Shown: positions 41,846 through 53,943, counted from the first letter of the stretch. The stretch: DNA of 64,000 bases from Trueperaceae bacterium (GCA_965213705.1 OZ243913.1:3520001-3584000); one strand, 5' to 3'. The notes: generated from the letters alone by a model not told the origin. Numbers and translations: made by a program.

Positions 41846-42582
41846 TCGCAGGCCCCCTCACGCTCTAAGGCGTTCTGCGTAAAGCACGCTTCAGGAATGT
41901 CCACACCGAAGTTGGCGTCTTGCCAGGTGACGACGGTTCTGCGACCCGGCTCGAGCAAGTCCGTCACCTCGAAACGTTGCGGAATGTAAAGGCCGTCCAC
42001 CTCGGCGTAGTCGGACAGGATGTTCTCTTTCACCGCGTTGCCGCGTTGGTCGTAGTAGGTGATGTTGGTCGGCGCGTAAGAGGGCTTCTCGGCGGTCAGC
42101 TCGACCTTACCGTAAGGCGTCGGCGCGTTCGCGTTGGGGATGAGTTCTAAGGTAACGTTCTCGTCCGTTTCCTCTAAAACGCTCGCCTGGTAGTTTTCCT
42201 GAAGGTCGTCTCCGGCTAGGTCGTTATAGGAAATGTCAGAACCTAAAAACGAATCACTTTGACCGCTCGGCGGCAACCTCAGCACGCGTTTCAGGCGCGG
42301 GTTGTAGATGAAAATGTTGTCACCGTCGTTCAAGAAGGCTTGCCCGGCGTCTCGAGGGGGCGCAATCACTCTCGTCAAGCCCTGTTCTTCGCCTTCGCTG
42401 TAGATGCGCATGGTGTAAACGTCTTCCTCGCCGGGGCGGATGACCTGCATGTTTAAGGTCGCCACCTGCGACTCGCCGCGCAGGTTGTTCAGAATAGTGT
42501 CTAAAATGCTCGCCGCGTCCTCTTGGGCACTGGCGAAGCCCAAGCTAAGCAAAATGGTTAGGGCAATGATAAGGCTTTTCAT
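41842..42582 (-). CDS. Outer membrane lipoprotein-sorting protein (LolA-like)
   Basis: Signal peptide; PPRDAGQAFL, YNPRLKRV, SFLGSDISYNDL. Confidence 0.88.
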   Translation of the reverse strand: MKSLIIALTILLSLGFASAQEDAASILDTILNNLRGESQVATLNMQVIRPGEEDVYTMRIYSEGEEQGLTRVIAPPRDAGQAFLNDGDNIFIYNPRLKRVLRLPPSGQSDSFLGSDISYNDLAGDDLQENYQASVLEETDENVTLELIPNANAPTPYGKVELTAEKPSYAPTNITYYDQRGNAVKENILSDYAEVDGLYIPQRFEVTDLLEPGRRTVVTWQDANFGVDIPEACFTQNALEREGACE

Positions 42583-42600
42583 GGGAATTCCTTTCCGAAA

Positions 42601-43827
42601 TTAGTTTGCCCGCATCGCCTCGGCGGGGTTGAGGTTTCTCACACGCCTGCCGGGCACGACGATGGCGAGAACTGCTGCAATGAAGATGGTGATGGCCGCC
42701 CAAGCTAAGTAGGTCAGGCTCGAGGCCAGCACAAACTCGTCGCTCAGCGCCAGGCCGGACAGGTAAGCGCCGTAAAAGGTATTGATAAAGGGTCCTAAGA
42801 GGTTTGTGGCCGACATGAGCGCGTTGAGGCCGAACCCGAGCACCGCGCCGGCGGCGAAGCCGATAAAGGTGGTGTAGACGGCCTCGAGCGTGACCATCCG
42901 CGCAATCTGACCCTGACTGAGGCCGAGCGAGGTGATGACGCCGAACTCGCGCGTGCGCTCTATCACGCTGACAATCACGGTGCTCATCACGGTGACGGCA
43001 GCAAACAGCGCAATCATCAGGACAATCGGAATCATCGACGCACGTTTGTCCTCGATGCCCGCCATGAGGCCGCCCAAGAGTTCGCTGATGGGGTAAGCCG
43101 CCACGCCTTGCGGCAAGGCTGAGGCCGCGTTGAGCGCTTCGGCCACCCCTTCCTCGTCGCCCTGCCGCACGTCGAGCGCGACGCCCGTGGCGGTATCTAC
43201 ACCCGTAAGCGTTCTAGCATCCGTCAAGTGAACCAGCACCACGCCCTCGTCCACGGGGTTGATGTTGCTGTCGATGATGCCGACGACTTGCAGCCCCGCA
43301 CCCTGCGACCCGCCTACGGACTGCACGTCGAGCGCTAGGCGTTCGCCCACGCGCACGTCCAAGTCTTCAGCAAGAACTTTACCCAGCACGAGTTCGCCCT
43401 CGTTCTCGACCATGCGGCCCTCGCCGATGTCGCCGCCGATGTCACTGACTTGCCCTTCTAAGGTCGGGTCGATGCCGCGTACCTGTGCGCCCAAAGTGCG
43501 GTAAGGGGAACGCAGGAGAGCTTGGAACTCGAGCCTCGGCGCAAACCCCCGCACGCCCTCGACCCCTGTGAGCGCGTCTTCAAAATCCAGGGTCGGCAGG
43601 CTGTTTTCCGGGTCGGGGTCGGTCCGGTAGGACTCGGTCTGCACCATCACGGGGGCGCTCAAGTAACGGGCTTGTCCGCCCAACAGCACGTTGACAAAGC
43701 CGTCATAAAAACCCCAGAAGAAAATGATGGCAATGGTCGCGTAGGCCACCACAGCGAGTAAAAGCTGCGTGCGGCGCTTGTGCCGCCAGAGGTTACGCCA
43801 GGCGAGGCGGGAAATGGAGGTGGTCAT
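42601..43827 (-). CDS. ABC transporter permease (LolC/E, FtsX-like)
   Basis: RLAWRNLWRHKRRT, ERTREFGV; SD AAGGAG. Confidence 0.9.
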   Translation of the reverse strand: MTTSISRLAWRNLWRHKRRTQLLLAVVAYATIAIIFFWGFYDGFVNVLLGGQARYLSAPVMVQTESYRTDPDPENSLPTLDFEDALTGVEGVRGFAPRLEFQALLRSPYRTLGAQVRGIDPTLEGQVSDIGGDIGEGRMVENEGELVLGKVLAEDLDVRVGERLALDVQSVGGSQGAGLQVVGIIDSNINPVDEGVVLVHLTDARTLTGVDTATGVALDVRQGDEEGVAEALNAASALPQGVAAYPISELLGGLMAGIEDKRASMIPIVLMIALFAAVTVMSTVIVSVIERTREFGVITSLGLSQGQIARMVTLEAVYTTFIGFAAGAVLGFGLNALMSATNLLGPFINTFYGAYLSGLALSDEFVLASSLTYLAWAAITIFIAAVLAIVVPGRRVRNLNPAEAMRAN

Positions 43828-43924
43828 GGGGTGCTCCTTTCGGGTGGGAAGCAAGGCGTGAGAAGTAGGAAGTAAGGAGAGAGACTTCTTGATTCTCGCT
43901 TTTTACCTCTTATTTTTGCCTTTC

Positions 43925-44401
43925 TCATGCCGGTGTCGACTCCCGTGACGCTTTTAGCGCCTCCCAGCGCTCGAACACCCCGGGGAACTCGCGTTCGGCG
44001 AAGGCGTAAAAGTCACGCATTTCTTCCAAGCCGAGCCGCGCCTCGGGGTCTTCGGAGCCGAGCAGTTTGAGGCCCTGCTCCGCCAGTTCCCGGAACACAC
44101 GGAGTTGTTCGACGCCGCGGCGGGTCATCTCTAGCCAAGCGCCGTGTTTGTTGCGGAAGTAGTCGCGCCGTTCGCCCGGTCTCGAAACGCGCTCGACGAA
44201 GCCGAGCCCTATGAGGTAGCGCGTCGCGGTGCTGATGGAGCCGCGGCTGGCTTGCAAAGTTTTGGCTAAGTCGTCGGCGGACTGTTCGGCCGGTTCGGCG
44301 ACGAGGAGCGCGCCCAGCACGCGGCCCGACATGCGGGTCATGCCACCCTGCTCGAGTCTCAAGCCGACCTCTTCGATATAGCTTTCCTTCGCGTTACTCA
44401 A
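43925..44401 (-). CDS. GbsR/MarR family transcriptional regulator (start uncertain)
   Basis: GMTRMSGRVLGALL, LQASRGSISTATRYL, PGERRDYF. Confidence 0.88.
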   Translation of the reverse strand: MSNAKESYIEEVGLRLEQGGMTRMSGRVLGALLVAEPAEQSADDLAKTLQASRGSISTATRYLIGLGFVERVSRPGERRDYFRNKHGAWLEMTRRGVEQLRVFRELAEQGLKLLGSEDPEARLGLEEMRDFYAFAEREFPGVFERWEALKASRESTPA

Positions 44402-44722
44402 AGTACACTTCCTGTGTATCAAAGGTTTTGAACGTTTAGAATTTACTGAAACCTATAGTAGCACAGTTTGCTACACTCACAAAAGTTCAGTACAGGTTCT
44501 GGGGTTGCCACGCGCCCGTTCGGCCTCGAGCGGGTTGGGCCTGACCGGGGTGAGCGCGTCCGTACAGGTGCGGGACGAGCCTCTACCGGTAACCGGGCGA
44601 AGCGGTACCTCGGCCCGGTTTGTCCCTTGCCCGCGGCCTCTTCAAACTCGCACTATTCGGGACCTGAAGGGCGGCCGGACTTCGCGGGGCAAGGCGCGCG
44701 AAAACTCGGCACGCGCCGAACC

Positions 44723-44752
44723 AAAAAGAGGCCGCCTTAACAAGGCGGCCTC
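44723..44752 (-). terminator. rplS intrinsic terminator
   Basis: Minus strand GAGGCCGCCTT-gtt-AAGGCGGCCTC-TTTTT. Confidence 0.85.
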
Positions 44753-44784
44753 CTAAAAAGTGTGAAGGGCTGTAACCCCTTGGG

Positions 44785-45237
44785 TTAGCTCGGCTCGACA
44801 GGCACACCCGACTTGGCTTTGCCTTTGGGTTTGTCGCCGCGAGCGGCGCGCGCCGTGGCGCGGTCCTCTTCCTGGCGGCTCACGTCGGTCTTGAGGCGGG
44901 CGGCCTTGCCGCGCAACTCGCGCAGGTAGTAGAGCTTGGCGCGGCGCGTGCGGCCCCGGCGGACGATGGCTATTTGGTCGATGAGCGGCGAGTGTAGCGG
45001 AAACACGCGCTCGACGCCTTCGCCAAAACTCACTTTGCGAACCGTAAAGCTCGAGCGTGCGCCCTTGCCGTTTTGGCGCGCGATGACCACGCCCTCGAAA
45101 GCCTGGATGCGGGTGCGGGTCCCCTCGACAACCTTGTAGTCCACCCGCACGGTGTCACCCGTGTCGAACTCGGGAAGGTCGTCTTTCATAAAGGGTTGTT
45201 CTATCGAGCGCAAAATCGCGCCTTTGTTGTAGTTCAT
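44785..45237 (-). CDS. rplS: 50S ribosomal protein L19
   Basis: [42 protein letters not shown]. Confidence 0.99.
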   Translation of the reverse strand: MNYNKGAILRSIEQPFMKDDLPEFDTGDTVRVDYKVVEGTRTRIQAFEGVVIARQNGKGARSSFTVRKVSFGEGVERVFPLHSPLIDQIAIVRRGRTRRAKLYYLRELRGKAARLKTDVSRQEEDRATARAARGDKPKGKAKSGVPVEPS

Positions 45238-45448
45238 AAATACTCCTGCATTTCTCGAGCGGGTTCAAGCCCGTTTGGACGGCTCGGGGGCACAACCTTG
45301 CGATTGTAGCGCATACGCGGTCGTTGTGCAAGCGTTGGTGAGGTTGCCCAAACGTTGGCGACATTGTGCAAGCGTTGACGAAAGCGCGCGAAGGTCTTCG
45401 GCGGAAAGCGCGGTCGGTGTAAGGTGAGACCGGTGTAGAGTGAGACCG

Positions 45449-46132
45449 GTGTACGACTTCGCTTTCGCGTTTTGGTCTTTTTTGAACACTGACACGGCCG
45501 AGTTACCGGGGGGCAAAGCTCTCAGCCACGCCGAGGTGCCGTACCTCTTGAGCAACGCCGCCTGGTACCCGCGCCCGGGCGAGCTGAAAAGCGTGGCCGA
45601 ATGGTACGCGGCCCGAGACCTGCCGCCCGCGCTCGTCGCGCCCGCCCTGCGGGCGGCCAAGCTCGAGAACGCCCTTCGGGACGGCCCGTTCGAGCTGGAA
45701 CGAGCTTTTGTGTTTCGAGAAGCCGCCGCCCGAGAAGCTGTCCGAGAAGACGAGGGCCAGTCTGAGCGAGTTCGGGACGTGGTGGAACAGGTGAGTTGGG
45801 CGCAGACGCGCTACGCGGGCGAACTTCTGGCAAGTTTTTACGAACAGCCCGGGCTCGCCGTTGCCGTTGCCAAAAGCCTGACCGAGGCCATGCGGCACAG
45901 TGCCGACGTGCAGACTTTTCTCGCTTACCGCGACGAGCCGGTGGGGACGGCGGTTGCTTTCGAAAGAGAAAACCTTTTGAGTGCGATGTTGCTGCTCGAG
46001 AGCGGCGGCCTGGAGGCCCGCCTGGTTCGGGACGCCGAGGCGAGAGGCCTGACGGCCTTCGTGCTCGAGACCTTGCCCGAAGGCGTGACATTTCGCTCCG
46101 AGCGAAGCTTGGAACGCTGGTCGGTTCGCTGA
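45449..46132 (+). CDS. Hypothetical protein (possibly a degenerate GNAT-like fold)
   Basis: 228-codon ORF from GTG (MYDFAFAFW) preceded by a TAGAGT -10 box; the ORF track starts at 45440. Confidence 0.6.
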   Translation: MYDFAFAFWSFLNTDTAELPGGKALSHAEVPYLLSNAAWYPRPGELKSVAEWYAARDLPPALVAPALRAAKLENALRDGPFELERAFVFREAAAREAVREDEGQSERVRDVVEQVSWAQTRYAGELLASFYEQPGLAVAVAKSLTEAMRHSADVQTFLAYRDEPVGTAVAFERENLLSAMLLLESGGLEARLVRDAEARGLTAFVLETLPEGVTFRSERSLERWSVR

Positions 46133-46211
46133 GCGGCGAGTAAGGTTTGCCACAAACACCTTCCCCGAGAGTCGAAAGCGGCGGCTGTGCGTCTTTTAAG
46201 TTGGCAAAGCC

Positions 46212-46242
46212 AAAAAGAGGAACCGTGAGGGCGGTTCCTCTT
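46212..46242 (-). terminator. Intrinsic terminator after the protease gene
   Basis: Plus strand AAGAGGAACCG-tgaggg-CGGTTCCTCTT preceded by an A-tract. Confidence 0.75.
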
Positions 46243-46291
46243 AACACTACCCGTTTCGAGGTTTTAACTTGGAGTTCTCAGCTTGAAGTTT

Positions 46292-47800
46292 TTAACGGCA
46301 ACCGCTCGAGGCGTTGACGCGTACCGGAACGGCGTCCGCGCCCATCGTGGCGTTGTTTGAAGTGTTGCCGTCGCTCGTCGTCAGGATGATGCCGACGTAG
46401 TAAGTGCCACTCGGCGTGCAGGTCGGAATGCGCGGCAGCACGGCGTTGACGCGTACTGAGGACTTGGGCGAGAAAACCCAGTCGAAAAAGTGCGAGCTGA
46501 TGGCGGTGTCGTAGCTGCTGATGTAGTCGTTGCTCGAGAGGTACACCGTCGCGTTGAAGCGGCCGCTGCGCGAGGCTTTCGAGTAGTTGTGAACCAGGTA
46601 GTTCAGGGTGCTCAAAGAAGTGCCCGCCGTCACGGTACCGGGCGCGGCGTTGGCGTCCAGGGTGTGAGCGTCGAAGCCGCTGGGCGTGTTGCTGTTTACC
46701 CAAGAACCGATGTCGCCGAACTTGCCGCTTGTCAGCCGGGTATGGTCGGTCCTGTCGACGCGGTTGCTGGTCGAGGCGACGGCGCGCACGACCCCGTCTT
46801 TGACGGCCCCGCTGCCGCTCTGGCCCCCGAACGAGGCGCGGTTGAACTTAGCCCGGTAGCTGTTCGGGCAGCTGTCGAAGTCGCCCGTGGCGTCGTACAT
46901 GTAGTTACCGCTGTAGCCGAGTTCGGCCGGATAACCGGGGTTTTTCCAGGTCCGGGCTTTGAAGTAGTCGCAGCCTGCGTAACCGTAGCTCTGCCAACCC
47001 GTAATCGCGCCGACGGGGCGGCTCAGGCGCACCAGCCCGACGTCGTGGTTGAGGTCGGCGTTGGTCGTCCAGGCCGTCCACGAATACAAGCTCGAGGACG
47101 CCACGCCGCCCCAGGGTTGGCTGCCGTTCTTGAAACCGGGCACGACGGTCACTTTTTCCGCCCAGGTGCCAAAATTTGGGTCGCTGGCTGCGTTGATGCA
47201 GTGCCCCGCGGTCAGCACCCAGCGCGGGTCTATCAGCGTGCCCGAGCACTGAAAGCCCCGAAGAACCCCGCTCGTGTCACGAAAGTTCATGAACAGCTTG
47301 ACGTGTTTGCGGTAGGGGTCGGCCGCGGGGTTGGAAATGTACGTGAGGCTGCCGAAGTTTTGAGGTGCGAAGTCGCCGGAGCCCACGGGAACTTCCAGCT
47401 TCGGCGCGGCTTCGCCGCCAGCGGTCTCACCGGTCAAGAGAGGGTTGAGGGATTCGGGGGCCGCGTCCTTGCTCAGCTCGCGGCCGGTCTCGGCGTCGTA
47501 GCTGACCAGTTTACCGGCGGGCGTGGCGGCCTGGGGGCTCAGTCCGCCCTCAGCCCCTTTTGGAAAGGGCATGGGTTGGTACCGGCTCGGGTCGAGGGTC
47601 GGTGCGGCCAAGTTGTCCAGCAGGGCCACGTCTTTTTGGGGCGCCGTGTCAAATTCAGGGGCTACCGTCTCGTCGAGCGCGGTGCTCAGCGCCTCGTTGG
47701 CACCGAGTTTGGGCTGAACTTCGGGCTCGGCGCCGGGCTGACCACAGGCCGCCAAAACGAGCAGCAGGACGAAAACCAAACACACCAGGGACTTTCTCAT
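46292..47800 (-). CDS. Lipoprotein trypsin-like (S1/V8-type) serine protease with C-terminal CARDB/Ig-like domain
   Basis: Lipobox LAAC; CSGTLI..VLTAGHC; NHDVG; GYP; GGQSGS; SD AAGGAGG. Confidence 0.88.
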   Translation of the reverse strand: MRKSLVCLVFVLLLVLAACGQPGAEPEVQPKLGANEALSTALDETVAPEFDTAPQKDVALLDNLAAPTLDPSRYQPMPFPKGAEGGLSPQAATPAGKLVSYDAETGRELSKDAAPESLNPLLTGETAGGEAAPKLEVPVGSGDFAPQNFGSLTYISNPAADPYRKHVKLFMNFRDTSGVLRGFQCSGTLIDPRWVLTAGHCINAASDPNFGTWAEKVTVVPGFKNGSQPWGGVASSSLYSWTAWTTNADLNHDVGLVRLSRPVGAITGWQSYGYAGCDYFKARTWKNPGYPAELGYSGNYMYDATGDFDSCPNSYRAKFNRASFGGQSGSGAVKDGVVRAVASTSNRVDRTDHTRLTSGKFGDIGSWVNSNTPSGFDAHTLDANAAPGTVTAGTSLSTLNYLVHNYSKASRSGRFNATVYLSSNDYISSYDTAISSHFFDWVFSPKSSVRVNAVLPRIPTCTPSGTYYVGIILTTSDGNTSNNATMGADAVPVRVNASSGCR

Positions 47801-47967
47801 TTTATCTCCTCCTTAGACGCAGGCTTGCCTGCGTCTGCGCCTTGGGACCTCTTTGTGCCCTAAGGCCCCCGCAGTGTGCGGCGACACCCCTGACCGCGCC
47901 CTGACCGCTTGCCCACCCAGCCTTGTCGGGCGGGCGACCACCGGGCACGGTGCGGTATACTCACCGC

Positions 47968-48888
47968 ATGGCACTTCAAACGGGTTTAGAGATTCTGCAA
48001 GCGGCGCGCGACGGCAAGTACGGCGTCGGGGCCTTCAACACCAACAACATGGAAATCACCCAGGCCATTTTGGAGGCCGCCGAAGAAACCGGCAGCCCGG
48101 TCATCCTGGCGATTTCCGAAGGCGCTATCAAGTACGGCGGTCGTCCGCTCATAGACATGGTCGTCCACGAAGCGGGTGTGGCGAGGGTTCCCGTCGCGGT
48201 TCACTTAGACCACGGCTCGTCGTTCGAAACGTGCTTGCGTTGTATTCGCTGGGGCTTTACCTCGGTGATGATAGACAAGTCCCACGAAGACGAAAAAACC
48301 AACACCCAAGAGACGAAAAAAGTCGTCGAGGCGGCGCACGCGGTCGGCGTGACGGTCGAGGCGGAAATCGGCCGCTTGGGCGGAGTCGAGGAGCACGTGG
48401 TCGTCGCTGAAGAAGACGCGATTCTCACCAAAGCGGACGAGGCCGAACGCTTTATGAAAAACACGGGCGCGGACTATCTCGCCGTCGCCATCGGCACGTC
48501 GCACGGCGCGAACAAGGGCTCGGGGCGGCCCTACATCCACCACGAGCGCATTCAGGAAATCGCCGCACTTATTCCCAACCCGCTCGTCATGCACGGCGCG
48601 TCGGGCGTGCCGCAGGACGTCGTGAAACGCCTCAACGACGCGGGCGGCCAGCTTGCAGACGCGGTCGGCATTCACGAAGACGACGTGCGCAAGGCCGTGA
48701 CCGAGGGCATCGCCAAAATCAACACCGACACCGACCTGCGCTTGGCGTTCACCGCGAGCCTCCGCGAAATTCTCAAAGACAAACCCCGAGAGTTCGACCC
48801 GCGCAAGATTTTAGGACCGGCGCGGGACGAGATGAAACGCGTCATCAAAGAGCGCATGGACGTGTTCGGCTCGGCGGGCAAAGCGTAA
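47968..48888 (+). CDS. fba: Class II fructose-1,6-bisphosphate aldolase
   Basis: GAFNTNN, HLDHG, VEAEIG, IGTSHG, VMHGAS, KINTDTD; leaderless TATACT-N6-ATG. Confidence 0.97.
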   Translation: MALQTGLEILQAARDGKYGVGAFNTNNMEITQAILEAAEETGSPVILAISEGAIKYGGRPLIDMVVHEAGVARVPVAVHLDHGSSFETCLRCIRWGFTSVMIDKSHEDEKTNTQETKKVVEAAHAVGVTVEAEIGRLGGVEEHVVVAEEDAILTKADEAERFMKNTGADYLAVAIGTSHGANKGSGRPYIHHERIQEIAALIPNPLVMHGASGVPQDVVKRLNDAGGQLADAVGIHEDDVRKAVTEGIAKINTDTDLRLAFTASLREILKDKPREFDPRKILGPARDEMKRVIKERMDVFGSAGKA

Positions 48889-49244
48889 CAGAAGAATTTT
48901 TGGGCGTTTGTAGGGTCGTCTTGTAGGGTCGTCGGTTGTCCCCGGGGTCGCTTTTTAGTAGGCCCGCATAGGTCCAATAATTTGCGACGTGCACCGGCTT
49001 GACGGTTGCTCAGTTGGTACTTTCGCAAGAAGTCTGATAACTTTTTCAGCGTCTTTTTAACCTCTTTTTTCAGCGTCGTTTGTCTCCGTAAACCGCCACA
49101 AAGCAACCCGCGGACCCTCGAGCTTTCATAAAACTTTAACACTGTGTTCTCACTAACATCTCACTAACAAAACCGATTCATCCTTAGACCCAGGAGGAAA
49201 AGGCGTTCAGGGTGAGTTCAGACTTGCTTTGCCAAACTTTAACC

Positions 49245-49469
49245 ATGACCACTTCAACCACTTTTACAAGCAACGTCGACGTGAGCAAACTCAGCTTGAG
49301 CGGTGTCGAGCAGCTGACCGAGCGGTGCGAACGCCTCATCTACAGCCACAAAGCCGCTCTCGAGGACTACGAGCTTTACATCAGGTGTCAAACCGAACTT
49401 GCCAGGCGTGACACGAACCCCCAAAAACCGGGTTTTGCCAACGGGACGGCGCAGTTTATCAACAGCTAG
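49245..49469 (+). CDS. Small hypothetical protein
   Basis: 74-aa ORF with helical character (YELYIRCQTELARR) in an intergenic gap. Confidence 0.5.
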   Translation: MTTSTTFTSNVDVSKLSLSGVEQLTERCERLIYSHKAALEDYELYIRCQTELARRDTNPQKPGFANGTAQFINS

Positions 49470-49502
49470 ATTTGTTAACAGTTGGGCTTGTTAACAGCTA
49501 GG

Positions 49503-51068
49503 TCAGGACGCTCGCCGGTCTTTTTCAGGCCTACGATTCGGCGTGACGTAGACGGTTTTTTGCTGGGCGTAGTGAACCGCGCCCGGCGCTCCCCCCTTGG
49601 CCTTCCAGACATGTTTGCGCAACGTGTAGTCGACCGGCACGTTTTCGGACGCGCCGGCTTTGGAGTAGGCCGCGGCGAGCTGAGCGGCGAACAGCACCGT
49701 GTCGAACGGCACTTCGCTGTTTTCGGCTTGAACGACGACGTGCGAGCCCGTGTAGCCCTGGACGTGCAACCACACGTCGCGGCTGCGCGCGATGCGGAAC
49801 GTGACGATGTCGTTTTCTTTTGCGTTGCGCCCGACGACGACTTTGTAACCGTGGGGGCCGTCATAGCGGATGCCCGGCGCCAGCCGCGTCTGCGTTTTAG
49901 TTTTCGGCGCGTGGTGCTCGAGCAGTTCTGCAAGTTTTTTGTCACCGGCGGTGGGCAAGCAGGCGAGTAGGTCCTCTAAATCCGCCACCTCTGCCGCCAA
50001 CGCCTCTTCACGCGCTTCCGCTTGCTGGACACGGTCTTCACGTTTGCGCGCTCGCTCGTACAGCGCTTGGGCGTTGTCGACCGCGCTCAGTTTGGGGTCG
50101 AGTTGCAAGGTCAGTTCGCCGTCCGCAAAGTCCGGCAGCGTCACCCGGTCGGCGTTGGCGGGAACCTGGTACTGGTACGCCATGAGCACGTCGCCCTGAG
50201 CGCGCAGGGTGCCGGCGTCACGCGCCGCGGCGCGCGCCTTGTCGACGTCTGACAAGCGGTTTTGCACCAAGGCCAGCTCTTTTTCCAGGGCCGCACGGAG
50301 CCTCGTTTCGTTCGCGGCGCGCGCCTCTCGCGCGCGCAACTCGCCCAAGTCGGGCAGCTCTAAAGCCTCTCTCATAACCTCGGACGGATTGCCGGTCAAA
50401 CGCTTCAGGGCGGGCAGAACCCGGTTTACGTCCTCGGGCTCGAGCTTTTTGTCCGGGCTCACGCCGCTCGTCACGGCCAGGGCTTTCGTCAGGTCGGGGC
50501 CGACGCCGTCGACCAAACCGCGGAGTTTTTTCAAGGGTTTGCCCGTCAACACCTCGCGCAGTTCGTCCCCGCTCGCCTTTCGAGGGTCGAGCTTGTCGTA
50601 GGGCGGCGGGGGTTCGTAAGTGAGACCTGCGCGCACCTGCCGGAAGCGGTTGACGTCGCTGGCGATTTCACGCGCCGCGCCCAGGATTTTGCCGTGTTCG
50701 TCCGTCAAAATCAGGTTGCAGTTGCGCCCGGTAAGTTCGGCAATTAAAACCGCGGGCGGCACCGGCACGAAACCCGCTCCCGCCCCGAAGTGGAGTTTGA
50801 CCACCCGGTCGAGTTTAAGCTGTTCGACGTCTATCAGGTCACCGACGGCTCTGGCTACCAGCAGGTCTTGAAACCCCGAATGCGTGCCCCCCGGAGACGG
50901 CATCTCGCTCAAAAAAGCGACGCGCGGGTTGGGCGGGCGATTAAACAGCCACAGCGCGCCCCGGGCGAGCGGCAAAACAAACGTGTAAGCGTCGGGGAAG
51001 CGCCAGGAGAGCCGTTTGGTGGGCGTCTCGAGCTTGGCAACTTCTTCGGCGATGAGTAGGCCTTCCAT
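49503..51068 (-). CDS. rqcH: Rqc2/RqcH (NFACT, FbpA family) ribosome quality-control factor
   Basis: DR motif (QLKLDRVV), ELTGRNCNLIL, YEPPP, VGRNAKEND, WLHVQGYTGSHVV; leaderless TACACT-N6-ATG. Confidence 0.92.
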   Translation of the reverse strand: MEGLLIAEEVAKLETPTKRLSWRFPDAYTFVLPLARGALWLFNRPPNPRVAFLSEMPSPGGTHSGFQDLLVARAVGDLIDVEQLKLDRVVKLHFGAGAGFVPVPPAVLIAELTGRNCNLILTDEHGKILGAAREIASDVNRFRQVRAGLTYEPPPPYDKLDPRKASGDELREVLTGKPLKKLRGLVDGVGPDLTKALAVTSGVSPDKKLEPEDVNRVLPALKRLTGNPSEVMREALELPDLGELRAREARAANETRLRAALEKELALVQNRLSDVDKARAAARDAGTLRAQGDVLMAYQYQVPANADRVTLPDFADGELTLQLDPKLSAVDNAQALYERARKREDRVQQAEAREEALAAEVADLEDLLACLPTAGDKKLAELLEHHAPKTKTQTRLAPGIRYDGPHGYKVVVGRNAKENDIVTFRIARSRDVWLHVQGYTGSHVVVQAENSEVPFDTVLFAAQLAAAYSKAGASENVPVDYTLRKHVWKAKGGAPGAVHYAQQKTVYVTPNRRPEKDRRAS

Positions 51069-51310
51069 GCAGGCAGTGTAACCGTTCTCAAACAAGCGGA
51101 AAGGTCGTGGGAGGCTCGAGCAGCGGGCGCTGCTGTAGCGAACCTCGGCACCTCAAAAAAACGCCACAGGAACTCTATTCGCCCAGAGCAAGCCGATTAG
51201 AGAACAGGGACTTTATAGATGAGTTTCTATAAGCAACCTTTTAGCCTTCAAATCAGGTGAAATAAAAAATAGTAGGCTATAATCTTTCTTGCCCCCTAAG
51301 GAGGCTCAGG

Positions 51311-51544
51311 ATGGCATTCGGCATCAAGTTCGACAGCCAGGGTAGAATTACCATCCCCAAGGAATTGAGGGCGGGTTTTAGTAAAGGGGAAACCTTTGTG
51401 GCTCGCTTAGAAGACGGGGCGCTCGTCCTCGAGCCCAAGACCGCTTTGCTCAGAAAAATGCAGGAACGTTACAAGGGTGATACCAGTTTGGTCGAGGAGT
51501 TGCGGCTGTTGCGCCGCCAAGAGAGTGCGCGGGACGAACCGTGA
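51311..51544 (+). CDS. vapB: AbrB/MazE/SpoVT family antitoxin
   Basis: DSQGRITIPKELR; overlaps the toxin start (GTGA). Confidence 0.85.
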   Translation: MAFGIKFDSQGRITIPKELRAGFSKGETFVARLEDGALVLEPKTALLRKMQERYKGDTSLVEELRLLRRQESARDEP

Positions 51545-51912
51545 ACGTGCTTGACGCCAGCGCCTTGCTCGCGGTGCTGCGTCAGGAGGTGCAACCGGGG
51601 ACGGTCGAGTTGGAGGGCGGTGTTTTGAGTTCGGTCAACCTAGCCGAAATCATTACAGTGCTGGTGAGAAATAGGAAACCGGTTGACACCCTCGTGGCTG
51701 AACTCGAGCTGTTGGGTGTCGTCGTCAAGCCGTTTACGTCGCAGGAAGCGGAGCGAGCCGGTCGGCTTTACGCGTTGACCCAACCTTACGGCCTCTCTTT
51801 AGGCGACCGGGCGTGCCTGGCGGTCGCCGACCTGTTGGGCGCTACGGCGGTCACGGCTGAATCCGCTTGGGCGAAGGTTGAGCATGGCGTCAAGGTCAAG
51901 GTTATCCGCTGA
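51541..51912 (+). CDS. vapC: VapC PIN-domain toxin
   Basis: VLDASALLA, SSVNLAE, GLSLGDRACLA. Confidence 0.9.
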   Translation: MNVLDASALLAVLRQEVQPGTVELEGGVLSSVNLAEIITVLVRNRKPVDTLVAELELLGVVVKPFTSQEAERAGRLYALTQPYGLSLGDRACLAVADLLGATAVTAESAWAKVEHGVKVKVIR

Positions 51913-52083
51913 AGCCTGATGCGTCACACGTCCGACAAAACGTTCCACTCGAGCACGCGCACGAAGCTGACGTAAACTTTGCCTAGCATCATCGGAAGGT
52001 GAAAGTCGCCACAGGCTGACCTTGGCGGAGGGCGACGGCGCGGTGGGGCTCGAGGCGAACATCGACCATAACCGAATGCTAAC

Positions 52084-52112
52084 AAAAAGAGGCGACCCGG
52101 AGGCCGCCTCTT
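52084..52112 (-). terminator. groEL intrinsic terminator
   Basis: Minus strand AAGAGGCG...CGCCTCTT-TTT. Confidence 0.75.
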
Positions 52113-52151
52113 GATTTAGCGTTGGTGCGTTCGGGCTTTCTCGAACTTCGT

Positions 52152-53885
<1,734 letters not shown>

Positions 53886-53943
53886 TCAGTTCTTGGTTGC
53901 TGGTTAAGGTCTAAGAACTGAAAGCTGACAACGAATGACTTTT

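Noticed and set aside
46490..47863. Long antisense ORFs (also 2733-3668, 3976-5037, 16706-17782, 55190-56170)
   Set aside because: Shadow frames of GC-rich genes with no recognisable motifs.
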